Virus record (IMG/VR): IMGVR_UViG_2778261223_000007
Location: 12,132 to 76,131 of that record
DNA from: a virus
Lineage: Duplodnaviria; Heunggongvirae; Uroviricota; Caudoviricetes
Direction: 5' to 3' (one strand)
DNA length: 64,000 bases
Part shown: positions 56,011 through 63,977 of the stretch, in pieces
How the letters are laid out: the number at the start of each line of letters is the position of its first letter
Position numbering within the stretch: position 1 is the stretch's first letter
Position numbers and translations under genes: made by a program
The notes under the pieces: generated by a model
What the model was told of the DNA's origin: nothing
Database searches by the model: none
What the model saw: only the letters and a program-made list of their open reading frames with translations

Positions 56011-56618
56011 GCAGAACTCCTTCTAACCAAAAGCACGCCATCTTCAGAAACAACGTTGCAGGACTTCAGGTAATTCATTGCCTCTTTCGGTAATGGATTC
56101 TTTGGATCGGCGTTTGCCAGGGATTTCGATAACCTCATGATAAATTTGATCATTACCTTCTGGCGGAGCTTGTGCTCATGAGATAAAGACAGGTAATAGG
56201 AAATGGTATGGGCTAAACGCTCACGAAGCTGTTCTGTGCCGTGATATACAGCAGCGATATCACACAGTGCATTGACCAGTTCCCGGTAAATATGCGGAGC
56301 AACCTGGCATTCAATGTTGGTTGGTGACTCATAAATTACAGTCAGCCCCAGCTTTTCAGCCAGCGCGTGCTCTGCACGAGCACCAATCGATTCCTCCCAT
56401 CGATTGAGCAAGTAGATCGCATCAGCAGAACGCACCATTGCCAGGCAAATATCCATGTATTCACTCTGACAAAGGCCACCAGGTAACACAGCTGGATTCA
56501 GAACGATATGCCCTTCAGCCATCAGCTCGCTCGCTTTCGCATTAAACGCAGCACGGTTGTAATCTGGATAACCAGTCATCGGCCCCGCGATGTAAATTTT
56601 CAAAACACGTTTCACCAT
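56007..56618 (-). CDS. DUF4406-like (nucleoside 2-deoxyribosyltransferase-fold) protein
   Basis: 203 aa from the Met coupled to the upstream micro-ORF. Motif KIYIAGPMTGYPDYN. Confidence 0.5.
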   Translation of the reverse strand: MVKRVLKIYIAGPMTGYPDYNRAAFNAKASELMAEGHIVLNPAVLPGGLCQSEYMDICLAMVRSADAIYLLNRWEESIGARAEHALAEKLGLTVIYESPTNIECQVAPHIYRELVNALCDIAAVYHGTEQLRERLAHTISYYLSLSHEHKLRQKVMIKFIMRLSKSLANADPKNPLPKEAMNYLKSCNVVSEDGVLLVRRSSA

Positions 56619-56773
56619 CAAAATTTCCCCAAAATCGTGACGCAAAACATAAGCACTGCGAAAAGCTCAATACCAAGCTCAAGTAGCGCCAACGCCCCGA
56701 AAAACAACACATAGAACAGGCCAATCTCATTCACAGATGGCTGGTGGATCGCACTTAAAGCTATAAGCATCAT
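56618..56773 (-). CDS. 51-aa hydrophobic micro-protein translationally coupled (TGATG) to the DUF4406-like gene
   Basis: MMLIALSAIHQPSVNEIGLFYVLFFGALALLELGIELFAVLMFCVTILGKF. It is not in the ORF track. Confidence 0.35.
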   Translation of the reverse strand: MMLIALSAIHQPSVNEIGLFYVLFFGALALLELGIELFAVLMFCVTILGKF

Positions 56774-56811
56774 GTCCTCCAAACAGTTATCAGGAATGAT
56801 ATTAATGTTTT

Positions 56812-56829
56812 GTGTTAGAAAATCAATTT
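56812..56829 (+). promoter_or_regulatory. C1-type operator-like motif in the divergent ref / ea-operon promoter region
   Basis: GTGTTAGAAAATCAATTT. P1 ref is known to be C1-controlled. Confidence 0.5.
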
Positions 56830-56890
56830 TGAATATCTAATCATTTTGATCAATCATAGAAAAATCGCTGAAAAGTAAGAGGCAGCCATC

Positions 56891-57469
56891 ATGCAGAAAC
56901 AGAGCTATTGGGAGAAACAGAGACAAAAAGCCATGCAAAAATTGGCTGACCCAGCCTGGCGAGAGGAACAAAGGGCAAAGTGCCTTCAACAAGCTCAACG
57001 CCAGCAGCAGCGAGCGAGAGAAAAAGCCGCATCGCCTGAATATCGGCAAAAGAAAATTGAAAAAGCAAAGCAATATGAACAGCGGAGAAAAGATAAAGCT
57101 GTATCCGCTCCGTCCAAAAAAACACGCACGTCACGCGGCCTGAAAGGCAGATCACTCACAGCCGATGAACGCCGGATACAGACCGCTATCGGTGCTCTCC
57201 CCTGCATTGCCTGCCATATTCACGGGCAACATAGCCCAGTGGTATCCCTGCACCATATCTTCGGGAGAACGGCAGAGAACGCGCATAAATATGTCCTCCC
57301 TTTGTGTAAATGGCACCACCAGTACGCAGCGCCAGCCGAGGTCCGAGAACAATATCCCTGGCTGGTCCCTGTTCATGCTGACGGAAAAATAGGCGGAAAA
57401 GCAGATTTCATGCGGCACAATGCCGATGAAATGACGTTGTATCAGATGGCGATTGAATTGATAAATTAG
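56891..57469 (+). CDS. ref: Ref (recombination enhancement function, HNH endonuclease)
   Basis: 192 aa. The C-terminal half matches P1 Ref (ALPCIAC...SLHHI.GRTA...LPLC.WHHQ.AAPAEVRE.YPWLVPVHADG). Confidence 0.85.
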   Translation: MQKQSYWEKQRQKAMQKLADPAWREEQRAKCLQQAQRQQQRAREKAASPEYRQKKIEKAKQYEQRRKDKAVSAPSKKTRTSRGLKGRSLTADERRIQTAIGALPCIACHIHGQHSPVVSLHHIFGRTAENAHKYVLPLCKWHHQYAAPAEVREQYPWLVPVHADGKIGGKADFMRHNADEMTLYQMAIELIN

Positions 57470-57480
57470 TTTTCTAACAT
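57463..57480 (-). promoter_or_regulatory. C1-type operator-like motif
   Basis: The reverse complement is ATGTTAGAAAACTAATTT. Confidence 0.4.
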
Positions 57481-57800
57481 TTTAAGTTGAATTGTAAATT
57501 TCTCCGATGTACATTCACTACCGATTGGCACACCGGTCAACTTTTTGAGACAAACTGTTTAGTTTTTCGTATTATTGCCGCCGCTATACCTATGGCGGTG
57601 CAATATAGGTGGCTGAAAAGCCCCCGTTGACTCACGGTGTTCCAGCCTTTATTGCGCCGCCACCAGACCGTGGAACAGTCGATGGCGGCTCCGAAAGCAA
57701 GGAGTCACTACACTATGAACAGCTACTGTCTTTTCCCATCACTCGTTGTCCGCCACTCACGCGATAATCTGCATTCTTTACTCGCGCTGGGGGTGTCAAA

Positions 57801-57968
57801 ATGACCGTTCGTTACCTCAACTTTCAAATCCAGAACATCACTGGCGGTTGCTATGACTGGTTTGTCACTCTCGGAAAAGAAGTGATCACCGGGAAGCTGG
57901 ATGAAGTGAAAACTAAAGCAATGGCCTACGCCTGCAAGCAAGCCCGGAAGAAATCCGCCAAAGCATAA
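57801..57968 (+). CDS. 55-aa ORF in the leader of immI-like module B (questionable)
   Basis: MTVRYLNFQIQNITGGCYDWFVTLGKEVITGKLDEVKTKAMAYACKQARKKSAKA. Confidence 0.25.
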   Translation: MTVRYLNFQIQNITGGCYDWFVTLGKEVITGKLDEVKTKAMAYACKQARKKSAKA

Positions 57969-58073
57969 AATACTGACTGTTGCGCCCTGGCATTATCGTG
58001 GGGTATATTTCTACGGCACCTTAGAAAAACGGGTGCCGGGATTGGAACCCCGGATAATGTCAAAGGCGACACA

Positions 58074-58094
58074 GACGCCGAAAGCGTCTTTTTT
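58074..58094 (+). terminator. rho-independent terminator
   Basis: GACGC-CGAAA-GCGTC followed by TTTTTT. Confidence 0.7.
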
Positions 58095-58109
58095 GTGTCA
58101 TGCCATCGC

Positions 58110-58270
58110 ACAGCCATACGTAGCGTTTAGCTCAGAGATCAATGGTAGTGCTGGCTGGGCTGCCGAAAGGCAGGCCGGTTCCCTTTGACGCCGGTAGTTC
58201 CAACCCAGTCAGTGCTACCGCCATTGAGATTGGAACCTCACGCGGTAGCTCCTTAACTTAGTCAAAGGAG
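58110..58270 (+). ncRNA. candidate c4-like regulatory RNA / structured leader upstream of the icd-like gene
   Basis: Contains the tRNA-like TAGCTCAGAGATCAATGGTAG and the hairpins CTGCC-GAAAG-GCAG and GGTTCC-CTTTGACGCCGGTAGTTCCAACC. It ends at the icd-like RBS. Confidence 0.25.
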
Positions 58271-58279
58271 GCTGCCAAT

Positions 58280-58495
58280 ATGGCTACTATCCCTACCCCA
58301 ACTCATTCTGAATTTATCTGGCGTTTCTATTCCTGCCAAAAACACCTGTATATCTGCGTCATGGCTGCTACCGAAGCAGAGGCGCGCTCATACCTTCCCG
58401 AAGAACCCTGCATTTTTGCTGCTCGCTTCACTCTTGATGCGATGGAGATCCTCAATTACTGGAATCTGCCGATGAACTGCGTGGAGGCGCACTGA
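58280..58495 (+). CDS. Icd-like small protein (module B)
   Basis: 71 aa, a paralog of 22087..22311. Its stop overlaps the Rha start. Confidence 0.5.
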   Translation: MATIPTPTHSEFIWRFYSCQKHLYICVMAATEAEARSYLPEEPCIFAARFTLDAMEILNYWNLPMNCVEAH

Positions 58496-59421
58496 TGAAT
58501 CTGTCCATCTCTCAAAAAGCGACAATGACCAGCATTGAGATCGCGGAACTGGTAGGTAAGCGCCCTGATAACGTTAAACGCACCATTGAACACCTGGCGG
58601 AACGGGGCGTAATATCTTTTCCTCAAATTGAGGAAAAGCCCACCGCAGGCCGCCCGGCGAGCTATTACGTCTTTGAAGGCGAACAAGGCAAGCGTGACAG
58701 TATCATTGTCGTCGCACAGCTTTCTCCCGAATTTACCGCCCGGCTGGTGGACCGCTGGCGCGAACTGGAGAATGCCCGGGTACAGTTAAAATCAAAAGCC
58801 GAAATCCTGGCTGAAATGGCGCAAATGCATCTTGAGCATGAACGCCGGATCAACGCCGTTAATGCCCAGGTAGCCGAAGTATCGGCACAAGTGTCCAAAG
58901 TCGCTGAAACCGTCGAGCAAATCAAGAAAGGCAATATTCCGGAAGGCTACATTGGCTACCGCCAGCTGGCGGCGAAATGTGGCCTGACTGAAGCCAAATG
59001 CCGAAACCTGGTTAACGCTTACCGGATTCCCACCGATACGCATGAGTTTTTAACTCCCGATGGTTTGCTTGCGCAACGCTCCATTGTGGCCCTGGCCCCC
59101 TTCCGGAAAGCCTTTAAGCAGGTGATGTCGGAGGCAGAACCACGCAATAAACGCTGGTATCATCCAAAGATGGGGATGTTTCAGGCAATCCACCATCCTG
59201 TGCCTGAAAGTCCAAAGGCAAACCTGTCGTTGCATACCGCCAGAGAGAGGATTAAAACAGGCTATGCAATCGTATGCCGTCGAGCATCCTGGCCTGAAGG
59301 TGTATGGGTGTGGCCCGAAGGTGGATCACGAAAGCACTGGCGCACTATCCGGGATGGGAAAATCCATGCGATTGATTTAGCTCCAGAGGATGTTGTTGCT
59401 ACGGACTGGATTGTTAGTTAA
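58495..59421 (+). CDS. Rha-family antirepressor-like protein fused to a C-terminal DUF2829-like domain (module B)
   Basis: 308 aa. The first ~240 aa are collinear with module A Rha. The C-terminal 60 aa (IVCRRASWPEGVWVWP...DLAPEDVVATDWIVS) are collinear with the separate 23018..23215 ORF. Confidence 0.7.
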   Translation: MNLSISQKATMTSIEIAELVGKRPDNVKRTIEHLAERGVISFPQIEEKPTAGRPASYYVFEGEQGKRDSIIVVAQLSPEFTARLVDRWRELENARVQLKSKAEILAEMAQMHLEHERRINAVNAQVAEVSAQVSKVAETVEQIKKGNIPEGYIGYRQLAAKCGLTEAKCRNLVNAYRIPTDTHEFLTPDGLLAQRSIVALAPFRKAFKQVMSEAEPRNKRWYHPKMGMFQAIHHPVPESPKANLSLHTARERIKTGYAIVCRRASWPEGVWVWPEGGSRKHWRTIRDGKIHAIDLAPEDVVATDWIVS

Positions 59422-59429
59422 TTACTGTT

Positions 59430-59451
59430 GCCCCGGCCTGTCCGGGGCTTT
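59430..59451 (+). terminator. terminator hairpin (same sequence family as 23224..23248)
   Basis: GCCCCGG-CCTGT-CCGGGGC followed by TTTAACT. Confidence 0.5.
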
Positions 59452-59480
59452 AACTACTAAATAACCGGATTCTCCGCACG

Positions 59481-59765
59481 ATGAAGAAAATAGATTTCAC
59501 TTACTCTGCTGCCACAATCCAGCGACGTTTCAGTCTCATAAGGGAAGTGGAACTATCAAAAAACTGCTATCAAATTCTACTGGATGAAGAGTTTTCACTG
59601 ATGGTTATAGCAGAAAAATTGGCTATGCCGAATGACCGGCACAAGGTCATAGCCAGCCTGGATCTGGTGACAAACAGATACTGGGAATACGAGGAACTAC
59701 TTGAAGTTGGCTTGATACGCGAGATGATAGAACAGGCTGTTCCCCTCCACTTACAGCAACCATAA
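59481..59765 (+). CDS. hypothetical protein
   Basis: 94 aa. Confidence 0.4.
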   Translation: MKKIDFTYSAATIQRRFSLIREVELSKNCYQILLDEEFSLMVIAEKLAMPNDRHKVIASLDLVTNRYWEYEELLEVGLIREMIEQAVPLHLQQP

Positions 59766-59901
59766 TTGAAAGATCTTAACGATAGTCTGCCACGAATAGT
59801 TACTTCCACTGCCTAAAGTTATTTAATTGCATTACAAAGTGTAAATTAGTAACATTAGAATCTCACACAGCACTATAACTATATGTTTTTTATGTAAAAG
59901 G

Positions 59902-60261
59902 ATGATAATCGTGGCTACTAAAATTAAACTTGAAAACCCTCAAACTGGCGAATCAATCACCGGTTTTTATGGTTTTTCCTGGACTACATTCTTGTTTGGT
60001 GCTTTTCCAGCTTTGTTCAGGAAAGACTTTATAACTTTTATTGGGGTATTTGTAGTGATGCTGATACTGGCATTCCTCACAGCCGGAATTGGCCCGTGGA
60101 TTGCCTCATTTATCTGGGCGTTCATGTATAATAAATATTTCACCGTAAATAAGATAAAACAAGGCTTCATTTTTGCTGGTTCTCACACAGAAAATGAGTT
60201 GGCTGCTAGCAAGCTAGGATTGTCATTAAATCAAAACAACTGCAAAACTATTACCGAGTAA
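59902..60261 (+). CDS. small inner-membrane protein (two TM segments)
   Basis: 119 aa (a GTG at 59911 with an AAAGGA SD is an alternative start). FSWTTFLFGAFPALF...IGVFVVMLILAFLTAGIGPWIASFIWAF. It lies in an AT-rich island. Confidence 0.55.
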   Translation: MIIVATKIKLENPQTGESITGFYGFSWTTFLFGAFPALFRKDFITFIGVFVVMLILAFLTAGIGPWIASFIWAFMYNKYFTVNKIKQGFIFAGSHTENELAASKLGLSLNQNNCKTITE

Positions 60262-60300
60262 AGCCAAAAAGCAGGCTTAATAGTAAGCCTGCTATGTCAA

Positions 60301-61134
60301 TCACGAATCTCTCTGACAATTCAGAAACATAAACGCCCGCTTGTCTGTTAAATCCGTAACATAATACTCTCTCATGCCTGTAGGTTTTATTCTACGAGCA
60401 TATACAAACTTATGAACTGGTTGTTTTTCCCCATAACTTACATCAGTCCTAAATTCATCAACCACGCTACCATCTTTTTCAGTTTCCTTTCTCACTAGCT
60501 GATTTTCTAATACAGGCTTTGATTCGTCCATGCCACTAAAAGCATCCTGACCTGTGCTGTTGCCTCGGTTTCCGCGTGGCAAATCCCATGAAAAATAAGT
60601 GCCATAGTCAGTAATCACACGATCCCATGTTCCGGAATCCCCCATATAGTTAGAACGCTCCCCCTTGTAAGTTACAGCCACCTTACAGGCATACGTTTCA
60701 CCATTATTTTTTTTATCATGTCCAGCCATGCTTGCAGGAGTTGCAGGGGAATTATGAATAGATGCGCTTACATCATCTTGCGTTAATTTCTCAACTGGAG
60801 CAAATTCATATATGGGTGTGCCGAGGCTATTTAAATATAACTTATATCTAACCCTAAGCGCACTTCCATCTGAGAATTCATACGTTCCCAGGCATTGGAG
60901 CTTATTGTTTTCTCTTATCTCATTGATCTGATTATAAGCATCAATTACAGAGATTGCTTCCTGCTCGTCCTTCAGCAGTTCATTATAATCATCGATTAAC
61001 ATCTGCCTAGTTTTAGGGGAATTGCAGTCAATTTTGCTAAAATCATAAGCAAAGGTGAGTGTGGGAACAAAAAGAGCAACAACAGTAGCTAGTATTGTTG
61101 AGGAAAATCTTTTTCCATTTTTTATAAAAAACAT
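60301..61134 (-). CDS. secreted/periplasmic protein of unknown function
   Basis: 277 aa from the internal Met (GGAG SD). Signal peptide MFFIKNGKRFSSTILATVVALFVPTLTFA. The island is AT-rich. Confidence 0.55.
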   Translation of the reverse strand: MFFIKNGKRFSSTILATVVALFVPTLTFAYDFSKIDCNSPKTRQMLIDDYNELLKDEQEAISVIDAYNQINEIRENNKLQCLGTYEFSDGSALRVRYKLYLNSLGTPIYEFAPVEKLTQDDVSASIHNSPATPASMAGHDKKNNGETYACKVAVTYKGERSNYMGDSGTWDRVITDYGTYFSWDLPRGNRGNSTGQDAFSGMDESKPVLENQLVRKETEKDGSVVDEFRTDVSYGEKQPVHKFVYARRIKPTGMREYYVTDLTDKRAFMFLNCQRDS

Positions 61135-61427
61135 TTCATTAACTCCATACCTTACCATCTTAGCCGCGAGCGCGGTCCCTAAAACCATTAACTTCACTGC
61201 ACCGTCCTTCATGCAATCAAAATGACTTTTATGTTATAAAAATAATCAGCCAAATCAACATGATTTAGGCCAAATTTCTGTCAAAAAATAAAATCCACAA
61301 AAAGTGGTTGACACTATTTTGGAAATCACAAACTGCACATAATCCATCGCGCTAACGGCTCCCGTTGAAGGTTCTTTTGACGATTAACTTTCAGCCGAAG
61401 CGCGGTAGGGAGTCATAACGCCAAAGC

Positions 61428-61452
61428 AGGCCGCCATGTGCGGCCTTTTTTT
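61428..61452 (+). terminator. rho-independent terminator
   Basis: AGGCCGC-CATGT-GCGGCCT followed by TTTTTTT. Confidence 0.7.
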
Positions 61453-61479
61453 GTATCCGTCATCCGTGGAGGAAGGACA

Positions 61480-62133
61480 ATGGAAAAGATCGCAATATTC
61501 AGCCTGACCACCAGCAAGCCTCAAATGCTCACTGCAATACTGAAAGACGGTGCTCTCATTATTAACGAAGTAAAACCCCTTCCCGCGTCAGCATTGGAGC
61601 AAAAGCAAAAAATTCCTCCAGCTATAGCAGCCCTGCGGAAAAGCAAATTTAAGGTACTGGTAGACGAAATTACGCCAACGATCTCCGCTGGCACCGGAGC
61701 AAGCCAGGTGACTCTCAAGACCCGTCATGCCGATGGCAGAGCAGCAATCATCGTCGGGATGGAAAGATACAGAGAGTTAAAACTCCAGAAGCTATTATCC
61801 CTGCCGCAAAATAACAAAGGTGCTTTCGAAATCCCTGACTCCATCGTTGACACCGAATACAACGGTAACGGAGAAGAAGTCTACCGGGTGAACTGGCAGG
61901 ATATCAGGCCGGAGCATATTTTGATGATCCTGTGTTGCTACGCGACCGTATACCACAATGTTGCCAGTGCGGATTACGTAGAGCAGATGACCGGTACAGT
62001 CGAGAAAGAGCAAAAAACAGGCATACTCGCTTCGTTCCTGTCCATTATTGGGCATGAAAAAGTTAAAGCAGGCACCTCCCAGCCAAAGTCACTGACTGGG
62101 AAAGAAGTTGATGAAGATACCGTGATACTTTGA
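61480..62133 (+). CDS. hypothetical protein
   Basis: 217 aa from the ATG preceded by GGAGG (the track ORF starts upstream, inside the terminator). Confidence 0.5.
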   Translation: MEKIAIFSLTTSKPQMLTAILKDGALIINEVKPLPASALEQKQKIPPAIAALRKSKFKVLVDEITPTISAGTGASQVTLKTRHADGRAAIIVGMERYRELKLQKLLSLPQNNKGAFEIPDSIVDTEYNGNGEEVYRVNWQDIRPEHILMILCCYATVYHNVASADYVEQMTGTVEKEQKTGILASFLSIIGHEKVKAGTSQPKSLTGKEVDEDTVIL

Positions 62134-62461
62134 TCACATTAGTAGCTTTGTTAACTCCCTCAATACCAGGTAGAAGAGTAACAAAAATATTGACGCCAGT
62201 ATTTGCGTGGTCAATGAAGCGTTCATAAACAGATCAATTAGCATTAATAATTCGAAGATAACATCCATGTCATTCACTCCGTTTAATTTTTAATCTAATG
62301 CCAGCAAATGAAGCTGGCCCCCGCATAAAGATTAATGAAAGTCACTTGTCACCAGTGAGGGGATTTATGAACCACATCCCCCTGAACTGGTGGCCTGTCT
62401 GTTTCTCGCATTTCACACCCTGCATACAGTTTCCCCCAGGTTATGACTGAGAGGCTTTGTT

Positions 62462-62791
62462 ATGGGCTATAGCAGACTCGACGATAGGTACATTGAAGAC
62501 GATATTTTTCGTGCGCTGTTTCACCAGGAAATGATTAAGCGGGTATCGGAGTATCACTCTGATAATTTCCAGTACACGATAAAGATTGATGAAGTATATC
62601 GTTCAGACCTTGCAGCCTACCGGGCGTATGGCAATGCAGATTTGCGCTGGGTATTCCGGGTGCTGGTGGGCCATGAGTCAGAAATGGAAGAAATGCCCGC
62701 CGGGACCACGTTAACTCTTCCTGATGTGGCATGGCTGAGGAACAAGATCCGTGATTACGCGAGCGCGGAACCGGAGATAGAAAATGCCTGA
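62462..62791 (+). CDS. hypothetical protein
   Basis: 109 aa with a GAGAGG SD. Confidence 0.5.
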   Translation: MGYSRLDDRYIEDDIFRALFHQEMIKRVSEYHSDNFQYTIKIDEVYRSDLAAYRAYGNADLRWVFRVLVGHESEMEEMPAGTTLTLPDVAWLRNKIRDYASAEPEIENA

Positions 62792-63926
62792 TTTCCTGAA
62801 AAACCAGGACGGGCGCTATATCACTGACGGCCTGTCCTCTAAGGACTTCACGCGTTTATTCGACCTTATCAGGAAAGAACAAACCCGTAAGCGCCGACAA
62901 GCTCACCGGACGCTGACGCCAGGTAGACTGAGGAACAAATCCGCCGAAGATATTCTCAAGTTAGGGAAGAAAAAAGGCGGCACGTTCTTCACGCGAGACG
63001 ACCTGAAAGGTTTCGAAAAGCTACGGAGTAAAACACGCGAAAAATATGACAGCAAGACGGCTGGCATCACATACGCCCAGCTGGTGGCATCCAGCCAGGC
63101 AATCGATATTAAGCGTGCAAATAACGCCGTGGATGACGGATCTGGTATCAAAAGAGCTACACCCGTATCTCTTCGCCACAACGTGATTAATATCCGCGTA
63201 GAAGCATCGAATATATCCGTCCACCAGCACCATATCGTCCGGATACGCTTTGAAGAATGGGATCAGATGGTCGATGACATCGCAGAAGACGATAAATCAG
63301 CTCTGAAAATCACTAAATCACTGTGCGCCGGGCGGGTGTCTTTCGATTGTGACTGTGGTCGTCATCAATACTGGTATCGTTACATCGCTACTGCGGGTAA
63401 CTTTGCCCTGGCCCCGCCAAAAGAATACGCCTATCCAAAAGTTCGTAACCCTAAGCTACAAGGCGTCGCCTGTAAACACGTGATCCACTCAATGACGCGG
63501 TTACAGTCCGCCAGTTGGCAAATGAGTATTGCTCGTGCGTTACAAAAGGCTGCAACGCAAATTGCATTTGGTGACGATCGCCGCCGTACAACCAAACACT
63601 TCTCAAAAGAAGACGAGAGGGAGTTTAATCGCAATCGCAACAGTAAAACAAACGTTGACGCTGCCAAGCGCGAATGGAGGCTCTATCAGAAGCGCCAGGC
63701 AGCTTTAAGTACAAAACTGGCAAAGGACAACGGCAAGATCGACAAGCTACGTGACCAATTGACCAGGGCCAGAAAGTTGTCAGACGCACAGAAAAAACGG
63801 GCGGCTGCAAAAGAAGCGGCCTTGCAACGAGAGAAACAGAAAAACAAGGAGCTTCAGCAACGCCTTGCCGATCAGTTCGCACTGAAGAAGCAGGCGTTCA
63901 TTGATGCGCTTGTCATGGCAGGATGA
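62784..63926 (+). CDS. SWIM zinc-finger protein with a basic coiled-coil C-terminus
   Basis: 380 aa. CAGRVSFDCDCGRHQYW...ACKHVIH fits the CxCxnCxH SWIM pattern. The C-terminal ~100 aa are K/R/Q/E-rich. Confidence 0.55.
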   Translation: MPDFLKNQDGRYITDGLSSKDFTRLFDLIRKEQTRKRRQAHRTLTPGRLRNKSAEDILKLGKKKGGTFFTRDDLKGFEKLRSKTREKYDSKTAGITYAQLVASSQAIDIKRANNAVDDGSGIKRATPVSLRHNVINIRVEASNISVHQHHIVRIRFEEWDQMVDDIAEDDKSALKITKSLCAGRVSFDCDCGRHQYWYRYIATAGNFALAPPKEYAYPKVRNPKLQGVACKHVIHSMTRLQSASWQMSIARALQKAATQIAFGDDRRRTTKHFSKEDEREFNRNRNSKTNVDAAKREWRLYQKRQAALSTKLAKDNGKIDKLRDQLTRARKLSDAQKKRAAAKEAALQREKQKNKELQQRLADQFALKKQAFIDALVMAG

Positions 63927-63977
63927 ACCGCCCCGGAAATCCTGGAGACTAAACTCCCTGAGAAAGAGGTAAACAGG

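Noticed and set aside
56837-57418. Minus-strand ORFs 56837..57073, 56889..57155, 56995..57207, 57152..57418 overlapping ref
   Set aside because: They are antisense to ref, whose HNH motifs are intact.
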